Assembly: GCA_038248855.1 (NCBI GenBank) | Contig: JBBRXA010000009.1 | Location: forward strand, 5,327 to 69,326 | Length of the DNA stretch: 64,000 nucleotides | Direction: 5' to 3' | From: Bacteroidales bacterium | Lineage (GTDB): Bacteria; Bacteroidota; Bacteroidia; Bacteroidales; VadinHA17 | Shown: positions 19,843 through 29,165 of the stretch, piece after piece | Layout of the letters: each line of letters opens with the position of its first letter | Position numbering within the stretch: the stretch's first letter is position 1 | Made by a program: the position numbers and the translations under genes | Notes under the pieces: generated by a model | What the model was told of the DNA's origin: nothing | Seen by the model: only the letters and a program-made list of their open reading frames with translations | Database searches by the model: none

Positions 19843-21435
19843 TTATTTTGCTGCAATATAGTCCCGCGCTTCCAGCAAAGTTCTGTCTATGTTTTCCCAG
19901 ATAGGATAGAAGCCCTTGGTGTCAAGAATATTGCGGGCGATATAGGCCTTCAGCTGAACATAAAGAATCTCACCTGAAAGTTTAATGCCTTCCTGGTCGC
20001 GGGGCACGCCGTTCTCTTCGGCATACCTGATGAATTTCTCTAACAGGTTCTGATCTGACAGCCATTTATCCAGCGACTTATAGTCGGAGAATTTCTTCAT
20101 TGCGGACCTGTTGTCTTCCGTGTATTTCATCGCGAACCTGATTATCAGCCCGGTATTCCTGATCTGCATAAAGTATCTTGACACACCGGTAGTATCCATT
20201 GGGATAAATATATCGGGCATAATGCCGCCACCCCCGTAAACAGTTTTTCCGCCTGGGGTAGTAAAACGAAGTGAATCAGGAAGATGAATCGAGTCTGCCT
20301 GTTCAAATTCGCCGTGCATAAACCTGTTTCCGAGGTCTTCATAGTATTTATCAACTCCCTCACTGTAAGATTTTTGAATAGATCTTCCGGTAGGAGTATA
20401 ATATCTTGCAATGGTAAGCCTCATCCCGGAACCATCGCGGAACATGACGGGTTCCTGAACAAGACCTTTGCCGAATGACCTTCGTCCTATTATTGTGCCG
20501 CGGTCATTGTCCTGCACTGCCCCGGCAAGTATCTCGCTTGCAGATGCGCTCCATTCGTCTATGAGGATCACAAGCTCACCCTCTTCAAATTCTCCTTCCG
20601 ATGTTGCTCTTACCTCTTCTCTGGGTTTGGATTTTCCCATTGTGAAGACTATCAGTTTCCCGTCAGACAGAAACTGGTCCGCAATCATTGTAGCGGCATC
20701 CATCACCCCTCCCGAGTTGCCCCTGAGGTCAAGGATGAGCTTCTTCATGCCGGTATTTTTCAGTTCCTTCAGACCTTTTTGAAACTCTTCATAAGTAGTC
20801 ATAGCGAAGGTGGAGATCTTCATATAACCAACTTCCTCTGTCATCATGTAAGAGACGTCGATGCTGAAGATGGGAATCTTGTCCCGTGTGATTGTAAAGG
20901 GGAGAAGCTCCTCTGTTCCGGGGCGTTCGACTTTTATATTCACTTTGCTGCCCCGCGGTCCTTTGAGCAATTTCATCACATTCTCATCGGCAATGTTTTT
21001 TCCGGCTATCAGAGAGTCGTTTACATAGATGATCTTATCACCCGCAAGAATTCCGACTTTTTCTGATGGGCCTCCTGATATAGTGCTTATTATCAGCACA
21101 GTATCGGTAATTGTATTGAATGAGACACCTATTCCATCAAAATTGCCCTGCAGGGGTTCATTTGCCTGGGTAAGGTCACGGGCAGGAATATATATCGAAT
21201 GGGGGTCAAGCCTTCGGAGCATTACCGGGATGGCCTCCTCGATAAGTGCATCACGGTCGACTGAGTCGACATAATCAGATTCAACGATGTCAAGGATTCG
21301 GCTGAGCTTGTCGCCGGAAGGGGGAAAATTGGTATACATCCCTGCCTGCGGATGGGGCATGTAGAAACCGATGAGGATACCGGCAGCGATGCCGATGGCA
21401 ATTATAAGAGGGAGGTATGCTCTGTTGTATTTCAT
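19843..21435 (-). CDS. S41 family C-terminal processing peptidase
   Basis: PDZ region plus LRGNSGG and SASASEI motifs. Start set at MKYNRAYLP (21435), which abuts the upstream stop codon. Confidence 0.88.
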   Translation of the reverse strand: MKYNRAYLPLIIAIGIAAGILIGFYMPHPQAGMYTNFPPSGDKLSRILDIVESDYVDSVDRDALIEEAIPVMLRRLDPHSIYIPARDLTQANEPLQGNFDGIGVSFNTITDTVLIISTISGGPSEKVGILAGDKIIYVNDSLIAGKNIADENVMKLLKGPRGSKVNIKVERPGTEELLPFTITRDKIPIFSIDVSYMMTEEVGYMKISTFAMTTYEEFQKGLKELKNTGMKKLILDLRGNSGGVMDAATMIADQFLSDGKLIVFTMGKSKPREEVRATSEGEFEEGELVILIDEWSASASEILAGAVQDNDRGTIIGRRSFGKGLVQEPVMFRDGSGMRLTIARYYTPTGRSIQKSYSEGVDKYYEDLGNRFMHGEFEQADSIHLPDSLRFTTPGGKTVYGGGGIMPDIFIPMDTTGVSRYFMQIRNTGLIIRFAMKYTEDNRSAMKKFSDYKSLDKWLSDQNLLEKFIRYAEENGVPRDQEGIKLSGEILYVQLKAYIARNILDTKGFYPIWENIDRTLLEARDYIAAK

Positions 21436-21436
21436 T

Positions 21437-21892
21437 TCAGTTGTTTTCTTCGTCAATGTAAACAAGTTCAATTTCAGCCCTTTGCAGCAGCTCAAGCCCT
21501 TCGGTATTGCGGTATTTCTTGCTGTATACCACGCGCCTTATTCCGGCCTGAATTATCAGTTTGGCGCATTCCATACATGGGGAATCGGTAATATAAAGCG
21601 TGGCATTCTCACTCGAATTGTTGGACCTCGCTACCTTGGTTATTGCATTGGCTTCAGCATGAAGAACGTACGGTTTGGTAACATTGTTCTCATCCTCGCA
21701 AACATTTTCAAATCCTGAAGGTGTGCCGTTATAGCCGTCAGAGATAATCATTTTATCCTTTACGATCAGTGCTCCCACCTGACGGCGTTTGCAGTATGAG
21801 TTCTCAGCCCATATTCCGGCCATCCTCAGATATCTCCTGTCAAACTGAGCCTGTTTTTCGCCGTAAGGGTGAACAGCGTCTTTTTTAATCAT
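21437..21892 (-). CDS. Deoxycytidylate (dCMP) deaminase
   Basis: 151 aa. Zinc motifs HAEANAI and PCMECAKLI. Confidence 0.9.
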   Translation of the reverse strand: MIKKDAVHPYGEKQAQFDRRYLRMAGIWAENSYCKRRQVGALIVKDKMIISDGYNGTPSGFENVCEDENNVTKPYVLHAEANAITKVARSNNSSENATLYITDSPCMECAKLIIQAGIRRVVYSKKYRNTEGLELLQRAEIELVYIDEENN

Positions 21893-21951
21893 CCACTTTT
21901 ATTTCGACCGACAAACTTAATTGTTTTTGCATCCAATTCAAAGAAACTTAA

Positions 21952-21982
21952 GAAGCACTGAAGTGTGCTGCTTCAGTGCTTC
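21952..21982 (-). terminator. Hairpin downstream of the cytochrome pseudogene
   Basis: Perfect 12-bp stem gaagcactgaag/cttcagtgcttc with a 7-nt loop. On the minus strand it is followed by ttaagtttcttt. Confidence 0.55.
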
Positions 21983-22015
21983 CTGAGTCAGATACTGCAA
22001 GGCTGACCTGTAAGC

Positions 22016-22861
22016 TTACCGGTTACTGTTTTTCCATGTGTAGGCATGAGGCCATTCAGTGGTGTTGCCGTAAACCACAGTATGGCAAATGTAGCATGCG
22101 ATAATTTTTTCGGGGTCAGTACCTCCGTGCTTTCCGGCAAACTCATCAAGGTCTTCCTCTTCACCCCTGGAGTTGTCATGACAAGTGCCGCAACTTCCCA
22201 TACTCTTGGGCGATTTACTGTAGGGTTGGTACTGCATTGCCTGGTAATTATCGGCGTCATTGAGGGAGGGAACCATTGCATGCCACCTGGGTCATAGTCC
22301 CGTGACATGTTGTGCAGTTACCGTTGGTCCCGGTATGTTCTGCACTTCTGTTGCATTGTGTAGTCTGGCCGGGATGGCAGTCATAGCATGACGCTCCCTT
22401 TAATGCATGATACCCGTGGATGGCTTCAGAAAGGTATTTGCCGGAGGTGCCTCTCCCTGCTTTGCCCAGCGCCATGCTGCCATGGCAGTTTGCGCACAGC
22501 ACCGGCTTCGACTGCATTAGGGAGGTACCCTCTTCGTCATCATGCTGCGAAAGAATATCATTAAAAGCATCAGTGCCATGACATTTTGCACAGTTAATCT
22601 CATCGGAGGTCGGGACTGTGGTTCGGGTGGTGGCGACAGTTTTTCCGGAACCGTCTACCGGTTACTCCCGTCAATGACTGCCTTGTCATATGAAGGATTC
22701 AGGCAATGCATTCCAAGGTCATTCCACGCAAAGACGACATAATCACTTGTATAGAAAGGGGGCTGATCATTGTTTTTGGAGCAGCCTGACAGCATCAACA
22801 ATATTATTGGAAATACAATCAGGAATGATTTCCGGAAACCTGCAAACTCATTATTTTTCAT
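22016..22861 (-). pseudogene. Hexaheme c-type cytochrome lipoprotein, disrupted by two frameshifts
   Basis: Three collinear ORF fragments in three frames: 22655-22861, about 22257-22654 and 22016-22276. Lipoprotein signal LMLSGC. Six CxxCH motifs: CAKCH, CANCH, CYDCH, CTTCH, CGTCH, CYICH. Confidence 0.75.
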
Positions 22862-22873
22862 GACGGTTTGTGT

Positions 22874-23662
22874 TTAAAGCATTATTTCACCTTTGAGAAA
22901 CAAGGTGGCATGTCCCGAAATAAGAGTACGGTCACCGTTGAGAGTACACTCCAGATAGCCTCCGCGGGCCGAGAGCTGACGTGCTTTCATGGCATTCTTA
23001 CCCAGTCGTGCTGACCAGAAGGGAGTAAGTGTGGTATGGGCTGATCCGGTCACGGGGTCCTCATCTATCCCCGCCTGAGGCGCAAAGAACCGTGAAACAA
23101 AATCAACGTCATTTCCAGCGGCAGTGACGATAACGCCCCTGCCGTCAGCAGAACCCAGCCTTCTGAAATCCGGACTGAGGCTCAATACCTCGTCTTCATT
23201 GTTAAGCAGGACCAGGTAGTCGCTTCTTCCCATATAGCTTTCAACGGGGCTGACACCAAGACTCTCTTTAATAACCACAGGGAGGCTGCAGGCCATAAGA
23301 GTATCAGTCGGGAAATCCAGCTCCAGCATATCCCCTTTGGAAGAGACGGACAATGTGCCGCTGTGAAGGGAATGGAAGGTTACACTCCTGGAGCCGGGCT
23401 TTATTTGGTTCAGCACAACATACCCTGATGCCAGTGTTGCGTGCCCGCACAGGTCTACTTCGACAAGAGGGGTGAACCACCTTATTTTCCAGTCATTGCC
23501 GTCAGGGATGATGAAAGCTGTCTCGGCGAGATTATTTTCAGCAGCTATCTGTTGCATAATATCGTCGGGCAGCCATTCATCAGGTACACAAACAGCAGCA
23601 GGATTTCCGGTGAAAGGGCCAGCGGTAAAGGCATCAACCTGAAAGATAGGTAGGGATTTCAT
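22874..23662 (-). CDS. PhzF-family isomerase
   Basis: Motifs PIFQVDAFT..GNPAAV and ETAF, duplicated-domain layout. Start set at MKSLPIF; the maximal ORF runs to 23686. Confidence 0.85.
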   Translation of the reverse strand: MKSLPIFQVDAFTAGPFTGNPAAVCVPDEWLPDDIMQQIAAENNLAETAFIIPDGNDWKIRWFTPLVEVDLCGHATLASGYVVLNQIKPGSRSVTFHSLHSGTLSVSSKGDMLELDFPTDTLMACSLPVVIKESLGVSPVESYMGRSDYLVLLNNEDEVLSLSPDFRRLGSADGRGVIVTAAGNDVDFVSRFFAPQAGIDEDPVTGSAHTTLTPFWSARLGKNAMKARQLSARGGYLECTLNGDRTLISGHATLFLKGEIML

Positions 23663-23773
23663 TTGCACACTCATTAATACTCTCAATAAACGTAACCTGT
23701 AAAGTTAAATTATTAAAGCACAGGAATTCTTCAGGTGGCATTAAACATACAAAAGAGTTGTATTTTTGGCGAC

Positions 23774-24472
23774 ATGATGGAAACGCTGAAAACAGCCGGG
23801 GGGACTGAAGTTTACAGGCTGACCCCTGCAAGATGCAACATATTTGTTGTCAGCAGGTACAACAGGTATATCCTTGTAGATACCGGTATATTCTTCGACC
23901 GGGGCAGGATAGAAAGCGCCCTTTCGAGGAAGGGCATATTGCCGGAAGCTGTTGTTCTTACTCATACTCATTTTGACCATGCCGGAAATGCGGCATGGCT
24001 GGCCCGGGAATACGGAGCCGAAATCATTGTTCAGTACGCAGAAGGAGAATTCCTGGCAGCGGGAGATACCCCTATTCCTTCCGGAACGGACACATTTACT
24101 AAGGGTCTTTCCGGGATCGGGAAAAGGGTACCTGTTGTATTTAAGTATGAACCCTGCCTTGGAGACCATGTTTTTGTAACGACATTTGACCTTAACCGGT
24201 ACGGGATTGACGGTTATGTAATGCATACACCGGGGCATTGTGAGGGCCAGTCGGCAGTGATCATAGAAAATGAAATAGCTATGGTAGGAGATTCGATGAT
24301 CGGGTTATATCCCGGGAAAATTTTTCCTCCTTTTGCAGACGACACGAAAGAGCTGCTACGAAGCTGGCAGAAGCTGCTGGATACGGGCTGCCGGACATTT
24401 CTTCCCGGGCATGGGAAACAGATCACCCGTGAGGAACTTGAGGCTGAATACCGGAAGAGGAGCAAAATATGA
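23774..24472 (+). CDS. MBL-fold metallo-hydrolase
   Basis: HTHFDHAGN motif and downstream His/Asp ligands. The ATG at 23774 is preferred over the GTG at 23735. Confidence 0.85.
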   Translation: MMETLKTAGGTEVYRLTPARCNIFVVSRYNRYILVDTGIFFDRGRIESALSRKGILPEAVVLTHTHFDHAGNAAWLAREYGAEIIVQYAEGEFLAAGDTPIPSGTDTFTKGLSGIGKRVPVVFKYEPCLGDHVFVTTFDLNRYGIDGYVMHTPGHCEGQSAVIIENEIAMVGDSMIGLYPGKIFPPFADDTKELLRSWQKLLDTGCRTFLPGHGKQITREELEAEYRKRSKI

Positions 24473-24575
24473 ATAATGCGTGGATTGAAACATTCCTGCA
24501 TTTTCATCGTTTAATTTCACGTGATTGACTTGTACTGCATTTGATTCAATATCTGAAATAGTTACTCTTACCCGC

Positions 24576-25295
24576 ATGAAAAAAACCCTGCTTGTCTTAT
24601 TACTGTCGATTCCTTTTATTATTATGAGTTCACGGACTGTGGGCGAAGAGCCTGACAGCACTGCCGTGAGGCATACCGGAATGTATGTCCTTACTCAGGT
24701 GCCTGACGGTACTGATCTTCCCTCTGTGCAGGTTCTTGAAACCGCTCTTGCCGGTTATGAAATTCTGAATCAGGCGCAAACCATTGTCCGACCCGGTGTT
24801 ATCACCATAATTGACTTCAGCCTTCCTTCCGATAAGGAAAGGCTATGGGTGCTTGACCTTGCCAATAATAAAGTTCTGTTTCATTGCCTGGTGTCACATG
24901 GTCGCAATTCCGGTGAGCTTATGGCTGAGAATTTTTCCAACATTCCTGGCTCCTTTGCCAGCAGCCCTGGCTTTTATGCTACCGGCGATACATACACGGG
25001 AAGAAACGGGTTATCTCTTGTGCTCGAGGGACTCGAGGCTGGAATCAATGACAAAGCCCGTGACCGTGCCATAGTTATGCACGGTGCCAATTATGTTTCA
25101 CCAGAGTATATAAAGGAGAACGGCAGACTGGGACGCAGTTACGGTTGTCCGGCAGTTCCTGAGAAAATGTGCGGTGAAATAATTCAGTCTATCAAAGGCG
25201 GCTCCTGTTTGTTTATCTATGCACCCATTTCGAGCTATACCTCTAAATCTCAGATTATCAGCAAAATCTCCTCAACTACCAAAGGGAAAGTCTGA
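24576..25295 (+). CDS. Murein L,D-transpeptidase catalytic-domain family protein (YkuD_2-like)
   Basis: Signal peptide MKKTLLVLLLSIPF. Motifs HGRNSG, VMHGANYV and catalytic GRSYGCPAV. Confidence 0.8.
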   Translation: MKKTLLVLLLSIPFIIMSSRTVGEEPDSTAVRHTGMYVLTQVPDGTDLPSVQVLETALAGYEILNQAQTIVRPGVITIIDFSLPSDKERLWVLDLANNKVLFHCLVSHGRNSGELMAENFSNIPGSFASSPGFYATGDTYTGRNGLSLVLEGLEAGINDKARDRAIVMHGANYVSPEYIKENGRLGRSYGCPAVPEKMCGEIIQSIKGGSCLFIYAPISSYTSKSQIISKISSTTKGKV

Positions 25296-26919
25296 ATTTG
25301 GCTCTTTCCGGTTTTTGGCTTAGTGCTGCAAGCACCGGCTCATCACTGAGGTAGATATCCTTACGGAACTGAATCCGGTCTTTTCCGTCAGCCCATGCCG
25401 TCAGATATACAAGCATTACATCAACAGGCACTTTAAGGTGTACAGTTTCTTCCCTATTTTGTTGCATTGCCGAGCGTATCCGTTCAGGAGACCAACCCGG
25501 TTCGTCAGCTAACAGGAGTACAGCCAGATCATATGGTTTTTCCACCCTGATACAACCGGAACTCAATGACCTGTTGTCACTGGCGAAAGGTCCCTTTGAG
25601 GGAGAGTCATGAATGTACACATCATAGGGATTTGGGAACATAAATTTAACCTTTCCCAGGGCGTTTGCCGGCCCCGGATCCTGCCTGACCATATAGGGGA
25701 AATTGGCCTTGGATATCATTGACCAGTCAACCTCACTGTAAGCTATCTCCAGACCGTCGCGCTTTAAGAGCTTCATGTTTTTCTCTTCGAGGTATCCGGG
25801 GCCTTTCAGTAATTGAGGAATCACATCATCCTCAAGTATTGTTTTGGGTAGGGTCCAGCTGGGACTAAAAACTAAATATGTAATCTTATCATTGAAAACC
25901 GGAGTCTTCCGGGGTTCCTTACCCACTATTACCCGCATTGAGATAAGGGTATCAGTTCCCCTGATCATTTGCAGTTCACGGCTGGCAATGTTTACAATAA
26001 TATATTTTTCACTTCCCTGCAATGGAAACCATCTGAGTCGTTCCATGTTGACTTTCAGACGATTAACAAATTCGGCCGGCGTGATGTTGAGAACCTCGAA
26101 GGTTGTTTTGCCAATAACTCCATCAGTATTTAACCCCCAATCATTCTGGTATATTTTCACCTGTTTTTCCAGTTCCTTGTCATATATCTCCGAGATACTG
26201 TCAGATAACCGGTAACTAAGACTTATCAGCCGTTGTCTAATCCTCGGAATGAGCGAATGCGATACTCCGGGTTTTATAGAAGTGTCAACCTTTATTTCCG
26301 GCCAGGGCTGATCATTCAGACTCAGAAAAAATGACAGCTCTTCAGACATCCTCCAGTAGGAGTGGTACCCGGGTGCCAGCTGGTCAAGCTGTTTGCCAAC
26401 CTGGTTGGAAGCCAGAGCCTTTTCCAATATCAGGTCATTATCTAATAAAGCCTCTTTACGTTGCATTTTCCAGTCTGCCCCTTCCTTTTCAGGGTCTACC
26501 TTACCGTAGTGCAGGTGTGAACCAAGAGTCATGAAGGCATCAGTAAGCAGAACATCCAGTTTAACCACATCATCTGCGTGTGTCGGTAAATAGGATATTG
26601 TTTTCCAGATATACTTTTCAATCAGAGACAGATTGTAGTCTTCGGGCTGCAGGCCGTGCCTGTCAATATGGCGGATATAATCAAACAGAACATACCCGTT
26701 TTTTCCGGGGAAATTATTTTTAAACCACGCCGGAACATAATTTCTGTTCACGTAAAACTGTTTCAATTCCCTACCTGAATCAAGGTTCACTCCGTCAATT
26801 TTATAGGGTGCACCAATTGGTTTGCCTTCAATGTACTGTCTGAGTGATATTTCAGGATCACAGGCACCCGATGCAATAACTGCGAAAAGAAAAAAGAGTG
26901 TGGAAATTACAGATTTCAT
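25276..26919 (-). CDS. L,D-transpeptidase family protein (YcbB/LdtD-like, with PG-binding domain)
   Basis: 547 aa with a signal peptide. PG_binding-like WGLNTDGVIGKTT and YkuD motif YIHDSP...SSGCIRV. Its 3' end overlaps the convergent gene by 20 nt. Confidence 0.85.
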   Translation of the reverse strand: MKSVISTLFFLFAVIASGACDPEISLRQYIEGKPIGAPYKIDGVNLDSGRELKQFYVNRNYVPAWFKNNFPGKNGYVLFDYIRHIDRHGLQPEDYNLSLIEKYIWKTISYLPTHADDVVKLDVLLTDAFMTLGSHLHYGKVDPEKEGADWKMQRKEALLDNDLILEKALASNQVGKQLDQLAPGYHSYWRMSEELSFFLSLNDQPWPEIKVDTSIKPGVSHSLIPRIRQRLISLSYRLSDSISEIYDKELEKQVKIYQNDWGLNTDGVIGKTTFEVLNITPAEFVNRLKVNMERLRWFPLQGSEKYIIVNIASRELQMIRGTDTLISMRVIVGKEPRKTPVFNDKITYLVFSPSWTLPKTILEDDVIPQLLKGPGYLEEKNMKLLKRDGLEIAYSEVDWSMISKANFPYMVRQDPGPANALGKVKFMFPNPYDVYIHDSPSKGPFASDNRSLSSGCIRVEKPYDLAVLLLADEPGWSPERIRSAMQQNREETVHLKVPVDVMLVYLTAWADGKDRIQFRKDIYLSDEPVLAALSQKPERAKFRLSLW

Positions 26920-27092
26920 TTACTGCCAGTATGCTTTATATCTGAAATTACTTCATTAACATGAATTTGCAAGATAAGTTCAGAACAGACCTTAGATGTT
27001 ACATAACTCACACATTGAATTACATTATTCACACACGTAAGGACATGCCGGGTTCTTCAAATCAGGAACTGTCAGTTTTTATGGCTGAATGT

Positions 27093-27525
27093 TCAGATCT
27101 TCAGTGTAATTTTCAGACGGGCAAGCAAGGCAGTGAGGCCTACCATCAGTAAAGCCCACAGGATTGACCCTGCAACCACTACCAGTTGTTCTGAGGATTG
27201 TTTATATATAAGTACCGGGATTCCGGTCATCCAGATGAGATGATAAAGGATATCCGGTGCATATCATTCCCCAGCTTGGAGTAGCCCTGATCTTTGATAT
27301 TATGAACCAGTTTCTCAGAACGAACCCCAGAATCAGGCATAAGACTCCCAACCCGATGAAGATCAGGATGATGATTCCAAGTGTCTTCAGTCCGTTCCTT
27401 AAGTATTTATTGCTTTTTGCCGGGTAATCGATCCAGATGAGGAAAACGGAAATGTACATCAGCAATGCCCAGAGGTTTTCACTTATTCCTGTAAGTTCCG
27501 CGTTGACTCTGCCGGTGTTGAGCAT
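27093..27525 (-). pseudogene. Remnant of a polytopic membrane protein (possibly acyltransferase-like, DUF1624/DUF5009-type); N-terminally truncated and frameshifted
   Basis: The 107-aa ORF (27202-27525) starts right after the upstream terminator. It continues in another frame as ILYHLIWMTGIPVLIY...GSILWALLMVGLTALLARLKITLKI to the stop at 27093. The family guess rests on ISKIRATPSWGMICTG. Confidence 0.35.
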
Positions 27526-27530
27526 AAGTT

Positions 27531-27568
27531 TAAAGAAAAAACTCTTTAACTAAACATTAAAGAGTTTT
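27531..27568 (-). terminator. Intrinsic terminator after the glucosaminidase gene
   Basis: 12-bp perfect stem aaaactctttaa/ttaaagagtttt with a 7-nt loop, T-rich tail on the minus strand, 31 nt past the stop codon. AT-rich stem. Confidence 0.55.
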
Positions 27569-27599
27569 AAGACACCCTGAAAAGAACGTTATTCCGTTT

Positions 27600-28220
27600 T
27601 CATGTCATATCCCCTTGTGACATTTTCACTAACTTGGAAATATAACGGGGGTCCGCAGCATATGGAATGGACTTAAGGAAAACCAGGTAGGAATCATTGT
27701 CATCACCGCCTCCTATCCTGTATCCCCGTGACAGAAAATACTCCTGCCACAGCGCATAATCAATCACAGAATCAGACCAGTGGTCATACCTGGCGTGCTC
27801 CTTATAGATTCCTGCAGCAACGGTTGGCCTGCGAACGGGGTACCTCATTCCAAAAAGGTTATTCCCGTTCAGAAAGATATCAGAGGAATAATTCCCTGTT
27901 TCAAGCCGCGACTGTAAAAGAACCACATCCCGGTATTTTACTCCTTCGTAACCGAGACACTTCTCCAACAGATCTTCACTGAATGGCAGGTACCTTATCT
28001 GATAATAAAAGAATGCCCTTTCCGACTGTAATTTCATTTCTTCTGTCAATTGAGGCTTGCCTCCCGGGACTTCAAATGTTACAAGGGTAAATACCGTGCA
28101 TAACATTAAGATACGTGTGGCAGACCTGTTTGACAACGCCTTCAATCTCAGAGTCCGGAATGATTTCCTGACTCTTGACGCGCCTAGTAAACCTGAAGAA
28201 ACCTGATCGAATGTCTTCAT
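27600..28220 (-). CDS. Glucosaminidase-domain protein (mannosyl-glycoprotein endo-beta-N-acetylglucosaminidase-like)
   Basis: 206 aa. NNLFGMRYPVRRPT...YDHWSDSVIDYALWQ resembles the FlgJ/glucosaminidase domain. Confidence 0.65.
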   Translation of the reverse strand: MKTFDQVSSGLLGASRVRKSFRTLRLKALSNRSATRILMLCTVFTLVTFEVPGGKPQLTEEMKLQSERAFFYYQIRYLPFSEDLLEKCLGYEGVKYRDVVLLQSRLETGNYSSDIFLNGNNLFGMRYPVRRPTVAAGIYKEHARYDHWSDSVIDYALWQEYFLSRGYRIGGGDDNDSYLVFLKSIPYAADPRYISKLVKMSQGDMT

Positions 28221-28679
28221 AGCTGTTCGTTTTTATCTTCATGTCAAAGGTACTTTACAACAACTTAGCGCACAAGTTCCTGGCGACTGATTGGTGTGAT
28301 TAAGAGAGTGTTACAGAATCCGTTAGTCAAATTTATCAGGGGCTTTACACACTGCTGACCCCGAATGACAGACAGATTGATACGCTTCGTCAAAAAGAGG
28401 CCAGTTTTTACAGCAAAAAGAGGGATTTTCAACCTTAACAGCTCGTCAGGCGGACTATAGTACTAATTATCTGAATAATAGATGCGCCAGGGAATGACTG
28501 TCAGGGAATCCGGTATTTTGACTAAATGACGTATGGGGAGGATAAGATTTGATAATACAAAGTCAAATCAAAAAATTTTCAACTTAAGCAAATTAATTGT
28601 ATATCAATGATATATGAAAATATTGGAACTTTTTACCGGACACCGGTTTTATTGTACAAATAATTAAAATCAGATAAAG

Positions 28680-28919
28680 ATGAAATTGACCAGACTCCTT
28701 TTACCTATTCTGCCAGTTATGGCAGTTCTTTTACTCTCCTGCCAGAATAAACAACAGGGAACCCTGATCAAAGAGAATAGCCAAAATCTATACGTACTTG
28801 TAAAATACAAGACGCAACCAACAAAAGGTGAAGACGCAATTGCGGGTTTGACAAGACTGATTGAGGCAGTAAAAGACGAGCCTGGAAGATTCAAGAGCTT
28901 ATCTGGCTGGTCCGCCTGA
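28680..28919 (+). CDS. Small lipoprotein, possibly a truncated ABM (antibiotic biosynthesis monooxygenase)-like domain
   Basis: Lipobox LLLSC. YVLVKYKTQPTKGEDAIAGLTRLIEAVKDEPG resembles the first half of an ABM domain; the second half is absent. Confidence 0.3.
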   Translation: MKLTRLLLPILPVMAVLLLSCQNKQQGTLIKENSQNLYVLVKYKTQPTKGEDAIAGLTRLIEAVKDEPGRFKSLSGWSA

Positions 28920-28982
28920 AATATCACAATGGAAGATTGAAAAAGAGTTCGGCTCCAGATATTTTTGTATCCCGCAAAACTA

Positions 28983-29016
28983 AAAGCCTCTTAACATCTG
29001 TGTGTTAAGAGGCTTT
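28983..29016 (-). terminator. Strong hairpin immediately 3' of tRNA-Leu (could act bidirectionally)
   Basis: 14-bp perfect stem aaagcctcttaaca/tgttaagaggcttt with a 6-nt loop. It is followed on the minus strand by tagttttg and starts 6 nt after the tRNA 3' end. Confidence 0.7.
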
Positions 29017-29021
29017 CTGAG

Positions 29022-29105
29022 TACCCGGAGCCGGGATCGAACCGGCACGGCATCGCTGCCACTGGTGTTTGAGACCAGCGCGTCTACCAATTCCGCCATC
29101 CGGGC
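29022..29105 (-). tRNA. tRNA-Leu (anticodon CAA), class II with long variable arm
   Basis: Reverse complement GCCCGGATGGCGGAATTGGTAGACGCGCTGGTCTCAAACACCAGTGGCAGCGATGCCGTGCCGGTTCGATCCCGGCTCCGGGTA folds as a cloverleaf. Anticodon loop CTCAAAC, T-arm GCCGG-TTCGATC-CCGGC. No encoded CCA. Confidence 0.92.
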
Positions 29106-29165
29106 GTACTATTGTAATGCGGACTGCGAAAATAGGAATTTTTGCTCTCTTTTGTCTTTTTCCTT

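Noticed and set aside
21988-22308. 106-aa ORF in the third frame across the cytochrome locus
   Set aside because: It contains no CxxCH motif. It overlaps the frame that encodes the last two heme sites and is best explained as a by-product of the pseudogene region.
26961-27152. 63-aa plus-strand ORF upstream of the L,D-transpeptidase gene
   Set aside because: It overlaps the opposite-strand membrane-protein remnant, whose TM-like translation is more convincing. The plus-strand ORF has no motif or signal of its own.
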